This document shows positions 17,501 to 19,737 of a stretch of DNA of 19,737 nucleotides, piece by piece (within the stretch, counting starts at the first letter, position 1; each line of letters begins with the position of its first letter). The position numbers and the translations under genes were made by a program. The notes under the pieces are model-generated. The model was given only the letters and a program-made list of their open reading frames with translations, searched no databases and had not been told where the DNA came from. Source of the DNA: Pyrobaculum sp. (GTDB taxonomy: Archaea > Thermoproteota > Thermoprotei > Thermoproteales > Thermoproteaceae); contig JBKBOT010000030.1 in assembly GCA_046293555.1 (NCBI GenBank), positions 1-19,737 on the forward strand. The letters run 5' to 3'.

Positions 17501-19624
17501 GACGAGGTGTCCTCCGCCAAGTATGAGGGGGTTGCGTTGAACGACGACCCGCAGCTGTGGCAGCATGTAGACGCGTTTATACACCACGTTGGACTGAATA
17601 GGGCTACGGTCGAACAGCTCCACGGGATGTTTAGCCACCTGCAGAACTACTGGCGGCTGCATGAGAACGAGGTGCGCGTGTTGGCGCTTCTCGCCGATAG
17701 ACGTCTGCGCGGCGTCCCGCTGAGCGTTGGGGATGTGGACAAGGTGGCCAAACTGCTGAAGGAGATGCGTGAGACCGGCTTTACGCCAGTTACGCCGCTC
17801 GCCAGATATCTAGACGATAGGCTTTTTGCGCCGCCGCCTGCGGCGCAGCCCACACAGCCGCAACAGCCCACACAGCCGCAGCCCGGGCCGCAGCAACGCG
17901 GGGCGGCGGAGGGGGGGCAGGTCTTATTACAAGAGGTCAAGCCACAAACGGTTGGACAACAGACCGTGCAACAGCCACAACAACCAACTACGCCGCCTCC
18001 AGAGGGCAGGCCGCCGGAGGGTGCGCCTCCCGGCGGACCTCCTGCCGGTGGGCCGCCTCCGGGTTTTGACGTCGGTGGGTGGAGGCCGTTTGTGGAGGGC
18101 ATGTTGCGCGACTTGCGCGTGTTGGAGGGGATCTCCGTCGAGTTGCGTAGGTCGAATCTGGGCGTTGTGTATAACTTCGGCGAGTTTGTGCGCAGCGCGT
18201 CTCAGGCCGACTTGATGAGGCTGGGGCCCCACCTACAGGCGTTGGCGGAGGACGTCAGGAGGTCTGGCCGCGTGCCGTCTTTCGAGGAGGTTGTAAACGC
18301 GTGGAGGAGCGATATGGCGCCGGTCGCCAAGCCGTATGAGGCGGAGCTCCTCAGGAGGCTGTACGAGGCGAGGAAGAAGGTGGAGGCGGGCAAGGCTTTG
18401 GCCGACGCAGAGGTTGCCGAGCTGGCCAGGCTGTTTATGGAGCTGTTCAACGACCCCAATCCGACCTTCAGATTTTCGCAGCATGTCAAATCTCTGGCCG
18501 GGGAGGCGGCGTCTTACGACAAGTTGAAGACGGGGGAGCTAAACAACGACCGGCGGCTGTGGGAGCTCGTGGACGGGTTCGCGCGGGAGGCAGGCCTGCG
18601 TGAGCTGGACCGCATCCCGGTTGAAAACGTGGCTGAGCTGCGGCGCTGGGTGGCGTCGACGTGGCGTCTCTCCCCGGAGGAGGCGCGTGTGTTGATGCTG
18701 TTGGTGGATAGGCTGAACCGCGGCCTGCCGCTGAGCGATGCAGACGTCTTGAGGATATATGAGGCGCTGAGGGAGATGCGCTACCGCGGCGAGGCGCCGG
18801 TTACACATGTTGTTAACTACCTCATGGATAGGTTCAACATGAGGGAGCTGACGTGGGGCGACGTCTATGAGGCGTTACGGAAATGGTTTGAGACTACTTC
18901 ACAAAGGCTGAAGGAATTAACGGGAGAGATTAGGGAGAAGTTAAAGAAGAAAGAGGGGAAGAAAGAAATAGACGAAAGCGAGTGGATAGAGGCGAGAGAC
19001 ACATATGCAAAAGAGAGAGATATAGAGGAGATATTGAAAAAGAAGGCGGAAGAAGCCATTGAGCAGACAGAAGGTAAGGGGAAGGGCAAGAGCTGGCTTG
19101 AAGAATTGCGCAAAAGACGGATCTTGCCGGTAATGCCGCATGTCGAGGTGATTGAGCCAAAGAGTAGGCCGAGTGAGGGCGTAGACGTAGATGATGATGT
19201 ACATCAAATAACATCTCTTGGCGATGTAAACGTACAACAAGTTGGGAGCAGTACTGTAGTAGTCTATATACCCGGCCTCGGCCTCGTCGAGTTGAAAGAC
19301 GTACAAGTGCCGTACGACATGCCGATTACCAGCCTGCCGCAAATGTGGCTCTGGTGGGCTTCGCTATACGGCAAAGGCGGGGAGGTGCCGGGCGTCCGGA
19401 TTGACTACTGGCGGCTCTCCGTGCCTGTGGAGGGCGGCGCCACGAGGAGGGATGTGGTAGTCCCCGGCTCAGCTGCCGGCGGGGGCAGCGCCAAAGTGAC
19501 GAAAGTCGTGAGGTGGACCGGCACAGAGCCGTATCGCAGCCTGCCGTTTCTGAGGGAGGGCGGCGTTGGCGGCACCGGCGTTAGGCAAGCCGCCAGGATG
19601 AGGGAGAGGTTTGTGTTGTCATGA
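8297..19624 (+). CDS. Giant 3775-aa modular hypothetical protein (Cys-rich repeats, beta-rich region, hydrophobic Gly/Ala segment, helical repeats, Pro/Gln linkers)
   Basis: 11.3-kb uninterrupted ORF. The GTG start is supported by the promoter motif, and the stop overlaps the next ATG (ATGA). No catalytic motif was recognised. Confidence 0.9.
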   Translation: MRGKLSPSYLKCIEYYDPKYCERYLIDSIDSSTTSQTDGSGGRGGGGSGGGSDKNNTANNPTLGGPSADALAEQEWWRKQSGGNNAINAGSRDNNTQTGDNTRLRPPDYVVGTLDGGSGGGGGGSDGKRNIKYDICVNEGRDPTVCECRAAGGDVFACLRNKGMEPRSYEECLTLGFAPHECERYPKTTTPTVAPGGPTSPTTPTTPSTLQVVSGGPVDECVKRGGSRDFCRCWVEGSDPTFCIKTYGGVRTYDECVILVTKHGGSVYYCDEFKTHAPTTPTAPTAPTSSLLPDKYNECVKRGNNPNACECLTAGDPVGCLIARGLELGYDGCVKLGLSSQQCERYKEQSDPRYKECVGRGGDPKVCQCLTQNDPIGCLRAIGREPKDYDECRRLNLPDNICRQYDPKHQKYDSCIARGRPQQVCQCLAYSDDPLGCLRGTPYEPRDYNSCIELELPQQQCERYKSLTKFEECVKSGKSPVVCSCMDAADFLGCLRGKGAEPKDFNECKKLGLSDDVCIRYDARYKDCVNNGNDPAVCRCLTQSDPIKCLKDIGMEPKTFNDCKKLNLPDDVCKQYPLTAAAPQAAEEVLNYIKQGVLVGNTLKLPDGKTITFENNVAVYGNFVLFLDQGRNVHVFDISKLTNAERGYFINELKKGRLPSEVYEEVYYNRASNDVNKKLFGGSAKFTKREKNKLYFEHNGITWVVEIGEGGSFTWSPLLEGDLKNYAAPLTNADPSRVVLKGGKLYYRDDDGKLYEIGKDVNFTIANGRWVLVGLITFGKTKIDRSTYELLTSGEYISGGSNIYIGGRPLSDRDFDINNVVRIERAEIDTPNGRVTAIVMYDDKGRRRIYVPKSTVLEMRTNDGRTINVKLMDNQFLPVEGTVITEKFKIDDKTEIAVQLKVVYKDGKMELVPVQDYVVNREVDVGGQKVVVPHKVVYKDGSLKLVPVLDIGTVVTQKVNIGGHEVEVPLRAVVRGDTLTWEPASGAVKVRMDAWIPGVGKVNEVEFELVHKDGTYDLKPRGNVYDVNALRKTLGDFLTQRLGGEIESIEFTKDGVEFVLRGTKEGRMRVLAAPNQQGGFTFSKLWSEQDDYLRYEYRKAAAMTEAQQLFSTPETWQQLLAQFPQRTWDWLQNLAKSFASTAEMAQKDLSTGLNMLLSGDVRGGISKIATAFATASPINPISMLTYNPAVFLSLNEEDRKKLIATQIGFLEGVGIPDIAGTVYNALVNISGMVDKSWAEAIKSNLGRIGESYKKLKEELENDEKLRDIMNTARLQGFVLSTILPGAWSVKVLQAVPLAMRLGAYAAGAGLGTFGYLASGGDVETAIAMGTMPIPGAIGLLKAPKAALAGATAFGALGAAGSTTPQEMAVNIPTFALMGAFMAGEAKGLPRYLASLGKEVGSALKDLGGRLQTVHMAYMPEWDVDPKLKKALDDYVAKLKEAAASGGPPPPMPAEIAPHLPQYLRSLGIDVKEVRLPTDVGLPKVDLSLQQTPEAVVNLARAYALPDKTTDVSLAKHHNVLPTLERMAKEVDDLLSTHNDLAQLRGLNEVKDVIKLDPTQFDDWLRGATDRFTPEQLNAIQKAYDLYAQGLLKDWHLDVITEGIDLKRLAFRIGEAVELDVRRALGRALGGEGIWRFAEAWRGGEILPEVRALIDELAAKYGRDRVYAIISEMVANLPPFRVERFEEPLFRIEEYPPRGETQRRPSVAMPSWRLAHILRLAKELLDDVNRVNLEELRNVLPDLEKLVKEVGELLSRHPELAQLVDVREVFDVVKLDPARFDGWLRNAVDRFAPERLKAIERAYELYASGRLEEWHLAVLVDGVDLRTALERARQITQITKEAQKPTEAQQIQKPTEAPRVEGMQLKEDLAKLSVDEMKKLIREVETAVVLEQYPQLAKLQGIREALDVIKMRQNLFKGWRFSAMTKYGKEVVEAVELARELYRGRKLKETVLKNIVEGVKPSDMALTLAKSPELLEEAITRLVRRELEGYVKDMREFAEMWKRGQLPDEIKSVVDNLSVSLGRDRINAAVERIVRDVEQQKVEERPHVTEKTGEVQKQPHEASGVEERPPQPGEKVGEQPPQQPPQEVPRVNVSEGKAPEEGQVRAPEENIDKQPPRVELEWVDREIKSVEDFEKLVDDVKIAREVMEALDKHPELAKLRGDKRILEVINDKERINTVFGNDPEKHAIATKAYELVSVGRLSEGALKAIVEGLESSERVRELARDQKLFGEVVNRFATRVSSGEVGDVDSFISVLARYDLDIPHGVREIVKRHIVDILWEKIKNVEKLDKLAEIIAKLDIRRIFHRDPKLFGEVVADTVRRGLEQHVFKPSDALVLIDKLEKYYFGSTINEAIMGINKTVVEVLSKEIGNLDNLSELAYGIAVKIISKHITLNYITKVPDVGVVSLPDHLFIRKIREYSDEIREILRDIRSRVKSGELDVDILRVIASGFKPGDLAEALAGKLDVFDSIAANVANVEIGRRGWDAVVHLARILRWFDNRDLPLPQLKDLVGRHVFDELGKEFNMSNLEAFSGLIPKFREEVRVARILSDVPEFAGLRGVDPQWIKLIGKVDVYKEQVNKAVQDGKLKSEVGELLKKAEDLVKNGMVDVRDLLAVASGVEPGKLARLFVVNPRLFVDVFKAHLLRELIDVVPRKRDDFLKFVEIWEEFKRGAQYVPRTSDLLGRIKGIDDKQLKAFSKIAAAANMLTEAMRGLGDNAFKGLEAIRDAVDVLAREYMSQLYPGGPDVVTPPKFEDMLAKLWAREVTPHVQEPPAPRELPPTAVRPGGPLPTAARRGAGEGGEGIDMSYGDRMAKMDTKVKTETVGETQKEVGDKGEGDIRLIAPEPIRKERLITEEGLKLLKEGGQPPHEGAPGQQTASQQPLTTPQQLPSQQPPTAPPEGKPPEGAPAGASGAPQAGPGGDWRPFVENVLRSVDVGEALSGEFAKLRMDLLYNFDQYVSGFVNRDIRVIPRLPDPTKFKRVSALIRDAANTGRKVTFEEILDAWKKDVMEMYPGKYNEYDLELNRRLYEVRKRIEAGEALADADVVELSKLFERMDAGVGEVAARVRRLYDEVSSAKYEGVALNDDPQLWQHVDAFIHHVGLNRATVEQLHGMFSHLQNYWRLHENEVRVLALLADRRLRGVPLSVGDVDKVAKLLKEMRETGFTPVTPLARYLDDRLFAPPPAAQPTQPQQPTQPQPGPQQRGAAEGGQVLLQEVKPQTVGQQTVQQPQQPTTPPPEGRPPEGAPPGGPPAGGPPPGFDVGGWRPFVEGMLRDLRVLEGISVELRRSNLGVVYNFGEFVRSASQADLMRLGPHLQALAEDVRRSGRVPSFEEVVNAWRSDMAPVAKPYEAELLRRLYEARKKVEAGKALADAEVAELARLFMELFNDPNPTFRFSQHVKSLAGEAASYDKLKTGELNNDRRLWELVDGFAREAGLRELDRIPVENVAELRRWVASTWRLSPEEARVLMLLVDRLNRGLPLSDADVLRIYEALREMRYRGEAPVTHVVNYLMDRFNMRELTWGDVYEALRKWFETTSQRLKELTGEIREKLKKKEGKKEIDESEWIEARDTYAKERDIEEILKKKAEEAIEQTEGKGKGKSWLEELRKRRILPVMPHVEVIEPKSRPSEGVDVDDDVHQITSLGDVNVQQVGSSTVVVYIPGLGLVELKDVQVPYDMPITSLPQMWLWWASLYGKGGEVPGVRIDYWRLSVPVEGGATRRDVVVPGSAAGGGSAKVTKVVRWTGTEPYRSLPFLREGGVGGTGVRQAARMRERFVLS
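8690..10027 (+). repeat. Seven 6-Cys repeats of about 55-58 aa (C-x9-C-x-C-x8/9-C-x12/13-C-x9-C)
   Basis: Example: RYKECVGRGGDPKVCQCLTQNDPIGCLRAIGREPKDYDECRRLNLPDNICRQY. Units start near 8690, 8945, 9179, 9353, 9527, 9701 and 9866; the second unit is more divergent. Confidence 0.9.
10940..11363 (+). repeat. About four 34-aa beta-hairpin repeats
   Basis: KVVYKDGKMELVPV / KVVYKDGSLKLVPV / RAVVRGDTLTWEP / ELVHKDGTYDLKP. An identical 23-nt stretch, caaggtcgtgtataaagacggca, occurs at 10996 and 11098. Confidence 0.7.
12848..16210 (+). repeat. Degenerate helical repeat family (about 5-6 copies)
   Basis: 12848-13111 and 13505-13768 are colinear 88-aa units with 53/88 identity. Weaker copies with HPELAKLRG / AYEL...G.L...L..I.EG motifs occur near 13961, 14741, 15590 and 15932. 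Confidence 0.75.
17054..18835 (+). repeat. Two helical domains of about 255 aa, each preceded by a PPEGxPPEGAP linker
   Basis: 17054-17827 and 18080-18835 share WRPFVE, RRLYExRKxxEAGxALADAxVxELxxLF, LNxDxxLW, RVLxLLxDRxxRGxPLS and EMRxxGxxPVT...YLxDR. Confidence 0.85.
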
Positions 19625-19737
19625 GGGCGCTGGCGGTCGTTTTGCTCCTGGCGGCTTTCGCCATTGCGTTGACAACGACAACGCAGTACTTAAAGATTCC
19701 GACGCCGGCGCAGACGGGCGAGTTTGTGGTGAAGCTG
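19621..19737 (+). CDS. Secreted or membrane protein with a Sec-type signal peptide; 5' part only
   Basis: MRALAVVLLLAAFAIALTTTTQYLKIPTPAQTGEFVVKL... is open to the window edge. It has an ATGA overlap with the giant-gene stop and an SD-like GAGGT at 19606-19610. Confidence 0.75.
   Translation, partial: MRALAVVLLLAAFAIALTTTTQYLKIPTPAQTGEFVVKL

Overview
The window looks like hyperthermophilic crenarchaeal DNA of the Thermoproteaceae/Pyrobaculum type. This is inferred from AGG/AGA and ATA codon use, TATA boxes about 20-28 nt before start codons (leaderless genes) and oligo-T terminators. The left edge holds the 5' part of an ATP-cone ribonucleotide reductase on the - strand, which the ORF track missed because it is truncated. 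Next come two small hypothetical genes (+) and three tandem, internally duplicated paralogues (-). These are followed by a membrane-anchored coiled-coil protein with a transglutaminase-like Cys-His-Asp domain (-). Divergent from it are a 651-aa Gly/Cys-repeat protein, a 3775-aa giant modular protein and the start of a translationally coupled signal-peptide gene. The giant protein has Cx9C-type Cys repeats, beta-hairpin repeats, a hydrophobic Gly/Ala segment, two helical repeat families and an AT-rich internal patch. The 651-aa and 3775-aa genes share protein modules and a near-identical promoter motif at the same spacing. The locus is a candidate uncharacterised export, cell-contact or polymorphic effector system; that function is inference only. 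No tRNA, rRNA, CRISPR array or transposase was seen.
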